From Octopus sinensis (lineage: Eukaryota): 64,000 nt of DNA. The DNA lies in contig NC_043006.1 of NCBI RefSeq assembly GCF_006345805.1, forward strand, positions 79,236,001 through 79,300,000. The letters are read 5' to 3'. Every line of letters begins with the position of its first letter. Within the stretch, counting starts at the first letter, position 1. Position numbers and translations under genes: made by a program. A model generated the notes under the pieces. The model saw only the letters and a program-made list of their open reading frames with translations. It searched no databases and was not told the origin of the DNA. Shown here piece by piece: positions 13,786 to 26,400 of the stretch.

Positions 13786-16700
13786 GGTTAATGCAATGCA
13801 GTCATCTAAAGGTTCTGAGTTCAATACCAGTCAAGGCACTAAGATTTATCACATGACACCTGAAGAAGGCTGGAGCATACAACAGCCGAAACATAGTGAA
13901 AGGAATAATCAAGATGAAACACCTGTCTGACTTGTGTTAAAAAAACAAAAAAGGTGTGCATAATTCCTCAAGTCAGAAACATAGAATTGTACCATATTTG
14001 AGAGTTTCTTTGTGAATCTATTGGTATAAAAAAAAATGTATTGTTTCCTTTGGTGGACATAAACATCTTTAAAAGTTACCAGGCTTATAAGCAATTTTTT
14101 TAAAAATAAGAGTAAGACACACAGCTAACTTCCTACAAGTCAACAAAAACAACTAAAACACAGGTAGACAATTATGCAAAAAAAATTAATAAAAAGGGAA
14201 AGTGGGAAGTCACTAAGCAGGGATCACTAAAAGACAGAAAGCTACTACATCGATTTAATCAAACTATTAACAGTGAATTATATTTTACACATCGGTGTAA
14301 AAATATATTTTAATTTAAATATAGAGTTTGATTGATTCTTCATTTAATCAAGTGATATTTCTTACCTAGGACAGACTTCCTTTTAGCTGCATGCAAGTAA
14401 AAAGCACATATCTCAGAAACATGAGGTATCTTTCTTTTTTTTTTTTTGTTTTTGGTTTATTTTTATATATAATGCATTAAAATGTTAATTAAATGATGAT
14501 GAGGATAATGATGACAATGATGCTCGTGATAACTGGTGGTGATGGCAGGGGGACATATTGAGACTTCTTTCAGAAAAGTAAATGTAAATACAGTAGTTAT
14601 GAAAAAGGCCTATTACTGTTATTCTCCAGAATTTTTTTGTGGTTTTGTATATTAGTTTGCCTAACAAATACAGGCACAGGAGTGGCTGTGTGGTAAGTAG
14701 CTTGTTTACCAATCACATGGTTCTGGGTTCAGTCCCACTGCGTGACACCTTGGGCAAATGTCTTCTACTACAGCCTCGGGCCAACCAAAGCTATGTTAGT
14801 GGATTTGGTAGACGGAAACTGAAAGAAGCCCGTCGTATATATGTATATATATGTATGCGTGTGTGTGTTTGTATGTCTGTGTTTGTCCCCCTAGCAACCG
14901 ATGCTGGTATGTTTATGTCCCCGTTACTTAGCGGTTCGGCAAAAGAGACCGATAGAATAAGTACTGGGCTTACAAAGAATAAGTCCCAGAGTCAAGTTGC
15001 TCGATTAAAGGCGGTGCTCCAGCATGGCTGCAGTCAAATGACTGAAACAAGTAAAAGAGTAAAGAGAGTAGTTGAGAGAAAGGCATATTATTGTTATTCT
15101 CCAGAATTTTTTTGTGATTTTGTCCATTAGTTTGCCTAACAAATACAGGCACAGGAGTGGCTGTGTAGTAAGTAGCTTGTTTACCAATCACATTAGTTTG
15201 CCTGCAATCTTTACTCATGAGCTGTATATGTAACTATTTAATTTTTTGCTCAAGAGCCCAACTGGAGGGTGAAGTTAGACAAGGAGGTGAGCCCCAGATC
15301 TTAGTGGTTTAAGAAATAGAAAGCCACATCTTTCATGTACTATGCCTACCTCTCCCTTCCTTACCCATTCCTGCAACCTGGGGCTTGTCAATCACATGTA
15401 CCCAAGTAGAGTAAAACGTGTCTAACATTTCCATGAGTCACTGCTGTGATATGGTTAATTTCACATTGATATACATGGTCTTTTTAACACGTTTTCTCTC
15501 AGACAAATACCACAGCAGGATGCCTTATAAACATTTAGTATGATACACAGATGACTACAAAATATTGGGTTGTCCAAAAAGTTCGTGCCGATTTATAGTA
15601 GCTTACCTTTCGACTTATTTTAGAACATGGTTGAGTCCATAAAATAGGATTTGACTACACCTCCATTTAGAGCACAGTTTAAGCTATCTTTTCATGGATG
15701 AAGGTTTATGTTCCTATAACCTGTGTTAATTCTGTAACCCTTTAAAATGGAAGATAAGAAAGTTCATTTTCGGCACTTGATGCTTTGGGAACCAGACAAA
15801 AATTGTTGCAGCTCGGCTGGGATGTATTACCCCACCCTCCATATTCACCAGATATTGCACCGTCGGATTCCCACTTCTTCAGGTTTCTGCAGAATAGTCT
15901 TAATGGTAAAAATTTCAATTTCTTGGATGACGTAAAAAGATACCTTGATGAATTCTTTGCCATGAAACCGCCTCACTTCTGGGAAGAGAGTATTTTCAAG
16001 TTAAAGGGAAGATGGAGACGCATTGTGCAACAACATGGTTCATATTTGGTTGATTAAAAATGTAATGGCAAGTATTTATTGACCTTTTTCTTTCCTTTAA
16101 AAATCGGCACGAACTTTCCGGACAACCCAATATTTTGTTATATATATATGTATGTATCAACATATCAATAAAAGCTTCTCTATTAATTGCAGTTTTTTTT
16201 AATAATTATCAAGTAAAGGGGAAATAACTCGGTATCTTAACTATTTGATTTACATTCAGATGTCTTCTTGTCTATCTCTATTTGCTGTGTGATATGTGTG
16301 TGTATGTGTGTGGTGTGTGTGTATGTGTGTGTGTGTACACGCACGAATGCATCACCAAATTGTCCAACACAAAAAAACATCTACAGCTAACCTTCCCCCA
16401 TCCGTTTCTTTCAGTTACGTATTTGACTTATCTTCTCCACTGTATAATAATATTAATTACATCTAAAGGTAAAAAAAACTTTTGATACCAACCCCACCTG
16501 AGACTGCCCCTGAGAGAAGCCCATCGTGTGTGTGTATTTGTGTGGGGGGGGGGTCAGTATTTGTCCCTCCACCATCATAGACAACTGAGATCGGTGTGTT
16601 TACATCCCTGTAACTTAGCAGTTCAACAAAAAGAGACTGATAGAATAAGTACTAGGTTTACAAAGAATAAGTTGCTGGGATCGATTTCTTAGACTAAAAA

Positions 16701-17374
16701 CAAACAAACAAAAAAATCCCCTTTAAGGCAGTGCTCCAGCATGGCTGCAGTCAAATGACTGAGACAAGTAAAAGAATACGAAGAAAAGGAAAAAAATAAC
16801 CTACTTCAATGGATGTAAAAGAGCAGCAGCAACAACAACAACAGCAACAAAAAATAAAAGCTGGAGCAAAAACAGATTCATTTCCTTAATGTAGGGTAAA
16901 GAACCATTCTTCTTACCTTGCATTCCTTCCAATTTGTCCATGGCAGTGAAGTACAAAGAATGGATCTTTTCCACTTCTCGGTCAGCATCGATCTTATCAA
17001 CTTGGATCTCTACCACTTGAAGTCCCCCAGACACGGGCTTGCAGCCTTCAGCATTATAGTCCGTGTGCTTACAACTGTCAAATGGAAGAGAATAAATAAA
17101 GATGAAAAATTGGTAGACGGAATAGGTTTCATTACATAAATAAACTCAAATAGCATCGCTAACGTCACCACCAATGCAACCACAGTTGTTGGTGTCATCA
17201 TCATCATGAGAAATACCACAGCTAATTTTGTCTTGACATTACTTAAAGCTAATTTCTTATAGACTGAATAAAAATAGGAGTCTCATAAATCAAGTAACAT
17301 TCAAATATGTTCATTACCCTTCTATTTCCACTCTATCACTCACTCTCTCTCTCTCACACATTTTTCTCACACTA

Positions 17375-17414
<40 letters not shown>

Positions 17415-20400
17415 CAAGAATAATTAACAGGCTTCTAGCAACACACTTCTAGCAACAAGTATTACCAGGCTCCCGTTGGCTTTTATGGGTTTTTTCCACC
17501 AGGAACCTTTCGTAACGCCTCCCCCTATTGGGAGTTTTTATCGTTGTTATAATTTTTGATTGTTACACTGTTTTTACACAGTTTTTTACAAACGGACAAA
17601 ACCCTTTGTAACCTTTCGTCCTGTTTTGTCCCTTTTTTGTTATAATTAATTTTTGTCAGCCTTGTGTCCAATAAAAGAATTAATTATTATTATTATTTTT
17701 CCTTCTTTCTTCAAACTTTCTTCCATTTCTCGACGAGTGTTTTCCATACACCTAGGGCAGAGAAGCTCATTGTATGCATTCCCAGATTACACACGCAAAT
17801 TCACAGGTAAAATATGTACTTAAAAAATTAATGAATAAATAAATTCATGAATGGATGTTGTTTTCACAGCGATAATGCTCTTCCCAGTGCATGAGCCGTT
17901 CCAGTTAACACGATTTTTTGCACTTCCTGTAGGGATAGTAAGCCTGGTATCATTTTCAAATAGGTTTCAGTACCTTTTTTTATCATTCCTAGTGATCCCA
18001 CAATCACTGGTACTGTAGTCGCCTTGAGATGCCACATTTTTTCAATTTCCATTAGCAAGTCCTTATATTTACTAATCTTGTCAAATTCTTTCGCCGCTAT
18101 ATTGTGATCGCAAGGAATACTCATGTCAATTAATAAACACATCCTTTTTCCTAAATCTACTCACAAGGCTTTGGTCATTCCGAGGCTATTGCAGAAGGCA
18201 CTTGCCCAAGCTGCCACACAGTGGGACTGAACCCAGAACCATGTGGTTGAAAAGCAAACTTCTTTATATAGAGAATGGTCTTCTATATAAATTCTGGCTA
18301 GTGATTCACACTTCAAGGTAATGGTCAGCCTCCAAGGCCATATAGAAGACTATTTTGTCCAACTTGCTACACAGAAGGATTGAACACAAAAGGAACACAA
18401 AAGGATTGAACACAAAAGGAACACAAAAGGATTGAACACAAAACCATGTGATTGTAAACCAGACAACTTAACCACAACACAGCCATGGCTGCACTTACAG
18501 GCAACACCTGGTTAATTGCTTAACCTTTCATCATAACAAGTATCTATCACTGAGATATGTATCTTATTCCTGTTTTTATAAGCAAGAATCTAAGAGCTAC
18601 AACTGGCTGTCATCTGAATACTGAGATGACATCAGCACAGCATCAAGCCAAAACCTCACTCATCCAATAGAATATTGCTATTTATCTCGGCAGAACCTAT
18701 TTGGAGAGTGTTCTGTCTTTGGAAAGGTGTATTTACTCTTGGTTAATTTGAACATTTTCATATCATAAATAAACAAGGTAAAACATTGAGTTGGACAGGA
18801 TAGGACTGGAAATTGATAGAACTAGATAAAACTCAAAGAAAACTTACCATAACCAATGGTTACCAATATAGGCAGCAGGGTGGTACTTTTTTAATCTATT
18901 TTTATTGGAATTACAGATCTGCTTTAATAGTTCAAGCCTGGACCAAAACAAAAACAAAAAAGAAATATTTATATGTATCATATTTTGAATATATAAAAGA
19001 AAGACGTTTGATTTAATTTTTCTTTCTTTCAGTGAGAATTTATTGTTACAACATACATTGTGAATTATATATTTTACATTAAAATATAAATCAAAGATTG
19101 AAAAAGAATATAACCATGAGCAAAGAAAGAAAGAAAAAGAACATCAACTCAACATTAAGTGCATCAATTTGTCACACACCATATGGATCAATGCAACTTA
19201 TATTGTGACAGGGGAAATAACTCTTGAGTAGCATCCCTTAAACAAAATTATTACCGTGCCGACATAACAAGTCGACAGTCCTTCAACTAATTTTGTTACG
19301 AAGAAACAGCCGAACACCTGCCTATATCTTACGAACAACCCGAACTACTCTAATTTTAAAAAGTCAGCACATGAAACAAAAACCGTTTCCGTGAGACAAT
19401 TCACACAAAAGTTATGTTTTGTAAATTATAGAAACCATTGTTTTTTTACAAAATAGATTTTTACTAAATACTATTAAAAAAAAAACTATAAAACCCTGAG
19501 ATTTTTTTTCCACAGAAACCAGGGGTTCTGTGAACTGCACTTTAAAAAACCCTGAGCTTTCAAGTGACAAATATATCACTAATTGTGATAAATATTTTAA
19601 CAAATATTCCATGCTTCCTGAGATTCGCCAACGCTACACCTGATTTTCTCCCCTCCATACACACGCAAACATGTATCCGACTCATACATTGTTCGCTTTC
19701 CAGACATTTGTACATTACTGCATACACTTTATACGCACTTTTGACATGTTGTGGTGCACCTGAGCACTGTATACAATGATTTCATTATTATTAGTAACAT
19801 TTAGTGACAAAAGAATATAAGTGCAGGCGTAGTTGTGTGGTAAGAAGCTTGCTTCCCAATCACATGGTTCCGAGTTCAGTCCCACTACCTGACACTTTGG
19901 GCAAATGTATACTTGTGAGTGGATTTGGTAGATGGAAGCTGAAAAGAGACCGACCCGTCCTTGTTTTTTTTTTGTTTTTGTTTTTTTTTGTTTTTCATGT
20001 CCCTTTTTGTATCATCCAACTGTCTGGATGTTTTGTTGCCGCCTGTTGCCTTCTTGTCCCATTTTTATATTCTTTTTTATATATATATATCACTGCCAGA
20101 TCAGATGAGAGCCTGGTGCGGCCTCCTGGCTTGCCAGTCCCCAGTCAAACCATCCAACCCATGCCAGCATGGAAAACGGACGTTATACGATGATGATGAT
20201 TATGATGTATCTATGTGTCTATCTTAGCGTTTGTCCCCCACTACCACCACCACCACCACTTGACAATCAGTGGTGGTGACAGAATAAGTACTAGGCCATA
20301 GAAAATAATTCCTGGGGTCGATATGTAACCCTTCGAGGCAGTGCTCCATTATGGCCACAGTCACATGACTGAAACAAGTATAAAGTATAGGTGTAAAACT

Positions 20401-23400
20401 GAATTTTCATAGTATATCTATTTATAAAGTGTTCTGTATTATAACAACAGAACCTTTGTGAACAAATGCTAGCAACAAAAAAAAATTTAATGTTAAAAAA
20501 TTGTATACTTTTTTTAACATATTGGATAACAAATTAACCAGATGACTAATTCAGTCAGAATAACTCTTTTTAATGACTAAGTGCTAAATTTCCTACACTC
20601 ATAGTTTCCACAGTTTTTATTGTTGGTCTAATGGTTGTGACCTTGGACAAGCCCTATATCTCTTTGCTTGCCTTGATCTAGCACAAAGGATAATACATTT
20701 GCTATACACTTGTGGTTGGGTGGTAAGTAGGTTGTTTACCAACAACATGGTTCTGGGTTCAGTCCCACTGCATGGCACCTTGGGCAAGTGTCTTCTACTA
20801 TAGCCTTGGGCCTACCAAAGCCTTGTGAGTGGATTTGGTAGACAGAAACTGAAAGAAGCCCATCGTATATATGTATTACAGTGGATGACGCCAGGTAGCC
20901 AGAGGCAGTGAACATGCTTTATCAACATACTACTACAACTACTACTACTACTGGAGATATACACATGTAAATTTTACAAACTAACTTTTATATATATACA
21001 CACACACATTATTTATATATATATATATGTCATCATCATCATCATTTAACGTCTGCTTTCCATGCCTGCATGGGTTGGACGATTTGACTGAGGACTGGCG
21101 AACCAGATGACTGCACCTATATATTTATATATATATATATATATATTATGTGAAATAGAAAGATGAATAATCTTGTAGTAGATTAATCAAAAGTTTAACC
21201 GATACCTTAGTAGCAAAAATCACAGCAGTAAACAGCACGGTTGGAGGTACAACCATCTGGCGTTGCAACCGTGCGTTGGTGCGGATAATTGAAATTAAAA
21301 CATTATTGGTGAATTGAAGAAATGGAGCTGAACGCAGATTGAACAGAAATCGTTTTATTTCATTCTACACGTGTTTCGAAAGGCACAAATTACCAAAATC
21401 CGATTGAATAATGGGACCATATTGTGTCTTTCTCTTCAGGAAGAAAAAAGGAAATCCGTTGGAAAAACAAAAACAGAACAGAGGCGGAGCAAAAAACAAA
21501 TCGAACTGTGCTCCTAAGAGCCCATGGCGAAACTGTTTATCATTGTATGTTGAGAACCGGTGGCTGAAGAATTCAACGGGTCAGGCATCGGTCAATCATG
21601 TGGGTGAGGGTGTATAGATGTTCTTTGTGACCGAGAATAAAGTTCTGACTATTTAAGGAATATTGGATGTTTTATGAGGGGCGAGAAAAAATCTACTTAG
21701 AGACGTGTGTGTGTGTATACTGTTCTATATATGTGTGTGTTGGCGTAGGGGTAGAAAACATTTTTTGTGTACGTGTGTGCGTTTGATCGTTCGGCTGTCA
21801 GTGGCTACTGCCGTGATAACCGTTGGGTGGCAGAAAGAAAAAAATTTAAAAAAAAATATATATATATTATGTTTTATGTGTGTGTGTGTTCATCTAAGCC
21901 TGCCTTGTCAAGGAAACCCCCCGCTGTGAAAAAACCAAGCCCCGTTTGTCTTACAGGAGTAATTCCCCTTGCAGTGGTTAATCGTAGATATCTTAAAGGC
22001 TATTTCAGAATTTGTTACCAAGGGCTATGGGTGCCGGTATTATTTATAAACGCTATTTAAAGGCCAGATAAGTGTAACGCCGCCAATGGGGGCATCGAAA
22101 AGCCGACTGTAAGATCCCGTTTACCATCCGGCCTCTGGCAAACAAAATATGGCAGAGTTCGGAGACACAAAGGTTGCACTGTCTTCTGCCCCTATCAAAT
22201 GGGAGGGCCACCGACAAAATTGACCATTCCAGCCTATAGCTTAAGTTCGCATCCTTCAGTCGCCATATTAGCTTACTGAGTCCCGTGGTCTGGCGCTTGT
22301 TCACGTCCCGAAAAGTTGCGTAATGGTTGGAGACACGCAAAGACAATCTTGAGGATGATGCCCCTACATAAGTGAAGGCATCTGAGTCCGTGTAAACCTT
22401 GCATTGGTAGACGGCGTTTTTGATCTTGGAGTTCGCCGACGTGAATCTTAATCTGCTAGGATTAGTTTCTGAAATTAGAACTGCGTTCCTGTCACTATAT
22501 TCGTTCCGAGACCTGCAGCCGCTTACTACTCTATTTTCCACTACGTCACTATTAACTATAGGAATAACCCCTGATTCTCCACTATCTATCAGAGTGCTGT
22601 CATTGCTACTGCCCGTGGTACTGCTATTGCGGGAAATGATGCTGGGGATGCTAATGGGGCTCTCTACCCTACTCCCATTGTTACCGTCAACCACAACACC
22701 CCTATTTATAACTATACCCCTAGTGGGTACTCCCTGGCTGGAGCTGAGATTATGTGTCACTGTACTGGCTCTCATATCATTATTACTACTATAATTATTC
22801 CTACTGAGCATTAAACCAGGAGCGGAAGAGGCTGTGCCTCCGGAAAAAGGTGATAGGGTCTTAGTAAGTAGCCTATTATTATGGGAGGCGATTATCTGGG
22901 CGAGGTTTTTAGTGTTGGAGAAAGCTATCCTAACTTTATGTGAGTTAACCGTGGAGTAATATTTGGAATTTCTGGGGAAGTTATTGGCGATGGCTTGTCT
23001 AAACATGAGGGGGAGGTTAGTTCTAATCTGCTTACCAAAGGGGATTACAAACCATATATGCTTATTCCTATCAGTGTGATGGGTCGGGACGCCAGCTCTC
23101 GCATTCGGGTGGGTGATTCTCGGATGAATAACGGGTCTTGGGTTAGTGTAAGACCTCCCGGACCGATAATTATCCTTGTTCGCTAAATTAAATGCAGGAG
23201 CGACTACCCCGGCATCCGCCGCGCTCCCGTCCTTACTTAAAATGTTAATGTTATTATATACGGCCCTATCCTGATGACCGAATGATGGCATCGGAAGGGC
23301 CGGATCAATATAAATTACCTTCTGCCTATAACCGGCCTTGGATAGTGCGGCGTTATAAAATTCCGCTTTCTGCATAAAAATATCGGCACTGGCGGACAAG

Positions 23401-26400
23401 CCAGACAATCTTAGAGAGATGTTTTAACAAATTGTCTGTTACGGTTTTGGCATGATTTGAGAAGACACTGACATACTTTAAATTAGTGGAAGGCTTATGG
23501 TAAGGGCAGTATGAGTCGCTATTAAGGTTAAGTGTAACGTCTAGGAAATTAGCCTTGGTGAGTTCATTATCAAAAACTATACTCATGCCCATTCTATTAA
23601 AAAACCTAGCTAACCTGCTCTTAGTTTTCTGCACTATTCTGTTCGTGGTGTTTTGCAGGTAAAACAGACAATCGTCACGATACAGGCCGCCCGCGATCTC
23701 CGGGAATTAGTCGGACAATTCGTAGAGAATATATATTCCGACCAAATCGGCTATCTGCGCACTATCCAAACTACCCATAGGCACATCAAATTCATTGGGA
23801 GTATCTTTACGGATCCACAACTTATTATCAAACTTAATAAACGATTTCCTGGCAACTAAAATGATATCTATCTCTTCTCTGTGAGGCCAGCCTTGTTTGA
23901 GCATGCCAGAGGGCCTTATTTAGCACACTAGGGTTAATCGAGGGTAGGTAGAAGTGGCGATATCAAACTGAATGAACCTAGTACGGTTCTTATTGGGGAT
24001 GGAAGAGAACCACTTCAATACCTGCGAGGAGTTGGCCCAGAGGCTGAGCTTCAGCTTTTTACTAAACTAGGGATATATTTATCTAAAATGTACTTACTGA
24101 TTATCCCGATATCAGATCTAGCAGGGCATATGAGTCTTAGCGCTGGGTTGGTGTGGAAGTTAGGTTATGGTCCTTCACTATAAATCTGGGTTGCTTGGGG
24201 CTAAGCGGCTGAGTTCTCATTTGAATTCGGTGTTTAAATATTATATCCTTAATTCCAAGTTTACCTTCCTCAGGGTACTCCAATTGGTTTTTCTATAATT
24301 TTTCTTGATCTCTTTACCGAGTAAATCTAGGTACTGCTAATGGGCATCTTGTATGTGTTCCTGGTCTTGTCGGACTGGACCAGGACTCCGTCCGTTCTAT
24401 TAATGTCCTTGGTATTTTATCTAGGTATCTGAGGTGGGCATTTCTCCTGGGTGACTTCCTGAACTTAATCTTTCTAACTATGTCCCATAAGTCGTCCTCA
24501 AAACTCTCAGTCTTCAGTCTGGGTTCCGGTGGCGGCGTATCCAGTTTTTAAAAAGCGGCCGTATTCGGACGATGCTGTGTCCGGTTCGATTTTAGATCTT
24601 CGTTCTCGTGGAAGAAAATGAGCCATCTTATCCGGTTTATGAATGCGTTGGTTTTACAAACCAACTCCTTAAGGAAGGCATCCTTTGGTGGTATAGGAAT
24701 ATCCTTAAGGGACGCATCAATCTCGAACAACTCCATTATTGGCATCGGTTAAAGTAGCAGTTTCTTGACGAAGCGGTATGTATTATGTGAAATAGAAAGA
24801 TGAATAATCTTTAGGTAGTAGATTAATCAAAAGTTTAACCGATACCTTAGTAGCAAAAATCACAGCAGTAAACAGCACGGTTGGAGGTACAACCATCTGG
24901 CGTTGCAACCGTGCGTTGGTGCGGATAATTGAAATTAAAACATTATTGGTGAATTGAAGAAATGGAGCTGAACGCAGATTGAACAGAAATCGTTTTATTT
25001 CATTCTACACGTGTTTCGAAAGGCACAAATTACCAAAATCCGATTGAATAATGGGACCATATATTGTGTCTTTCTCTTCAGGAAGAAAAAAGGAAATCCG
25101 TTGGAAAAACAAAAACAGAACAGAGGCGGAGCAAAAAACAAATCGAACTGTGCTCCTAAGAGCCCATGGCGAAACTGTTTATCATTGTATGTTGAGAACC
25201 GGTGGCTGAAGAATTCAACGGGTCAGGCATCGGTCAATCATGTGGGTGAGGGTGTATAGATGTTCTTTGTGACCGAGAATATCCAAGGCCGGTTATAGGC
25301 AGAAGGTAATTTATATTGATCCGGCCCTTCCGATGCCATCATTCGGTCATCAGGATAGGGCCGTATATAATAACATTAACATTTTAAGTAAGGACGGGAG
25401 CGCGGCGGATGCCGGGGTAGTCGCTCCTGCATTTAATTTAGCGAACAAGGATAATTATCGGTCCGGGAGGTCTTACACTAACCCAAGACCGTTATTCATC
25501 CGAGAATCACCCACCCGAATGCGAGAGCTGGCGTCCCGACCCATCACACTGATAGGAATAAGCATATATGGTTTGTAATCCCCTTTGGTAAGCAGATTAG
25601 AACTAACCTCCCCCTCATGTTTAGACAAGCCATCGCCAATAACTTCCCCAGAAATTCCAAATATTACTCCACGGTTAACTCACATAAAGTTAGGATAGCT
25701 TTCTCCAACACTAAAAACCTCGCCCAGATAATCGCCTCCCATAATAATAGGCTACTTACTAAGACCCTATCACCTTTTTCCGGAGGCACAGCCTCTTCCG
25801 CTCCTGGTTTAATGCTCAGTAGGAATAATTATAGTAGTAATAATGATATGAGAGCCAGTACAGTGACACATAATCTCAGCTCCAGCCAGGGAGTACCCAC
25901 TAGGGGTATAGTTATAAATAGGGGTGTTGTGGTTGACGGTAACAATGGGAGTAGGGTAGAGAGCCCCATTAGCATCCCCAGCATCATTTCCCGCAATAGC
26001 AGTACCACGGGCAGTAGCAATGACAGCACTCTGATAGATAGTGGAGAATCAGGGGTTATTCCTATAGTTAATAGTGACGTAGTGGAAAATAGAGTAGTAA
26101 GCGGCTGCAGGTCTCGGAACGAATATAGTGACAGGAACGCAGTTCTAATTTCAGAAACTAATCCTAGCAGATTAAGATTCACGTCGGCGAACTCCAAGAT
26201 CAAAAACGCCGTCTACCAATGCAAGGTTTACACGGACTCAGATGCCTTCACTTATGTAGGGGCATCATCCTCAAGATTGTCTTTGCGTGTCTCCAACCAT
26301 TACGCAACTTTTCGGGACGTGAACAAGCGCCAGACCACGGGACTCAGTAAGCTAATATGGCGACTGAAGGATGCGAACTTAAGCTATAGGCTGGAATGGT

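Noticed and set aside
18368-18445. Short tandem repeats (AAGGATTGAACACAAAAGGAACACAA; also 1781-1850, 12538-12620)
   Set aside because: Local slippage duplications within repeats or AT-rich intron; no further structure.
22420-22794. 124-aa hydrophobic antisense ORF (and its mirror 25829-26203)
   Set aside because: Shadow of the Ser/Asn-rich linker codons; duplicated only because the arm is duplicated.
23700-24250. Selenocysteine read-through as in some Naiad elements
   Set aside because: The in-frame stops on the homologous path are TAA, and the TGA codons fall in off-frames created by indels; no SECIS was recognised.
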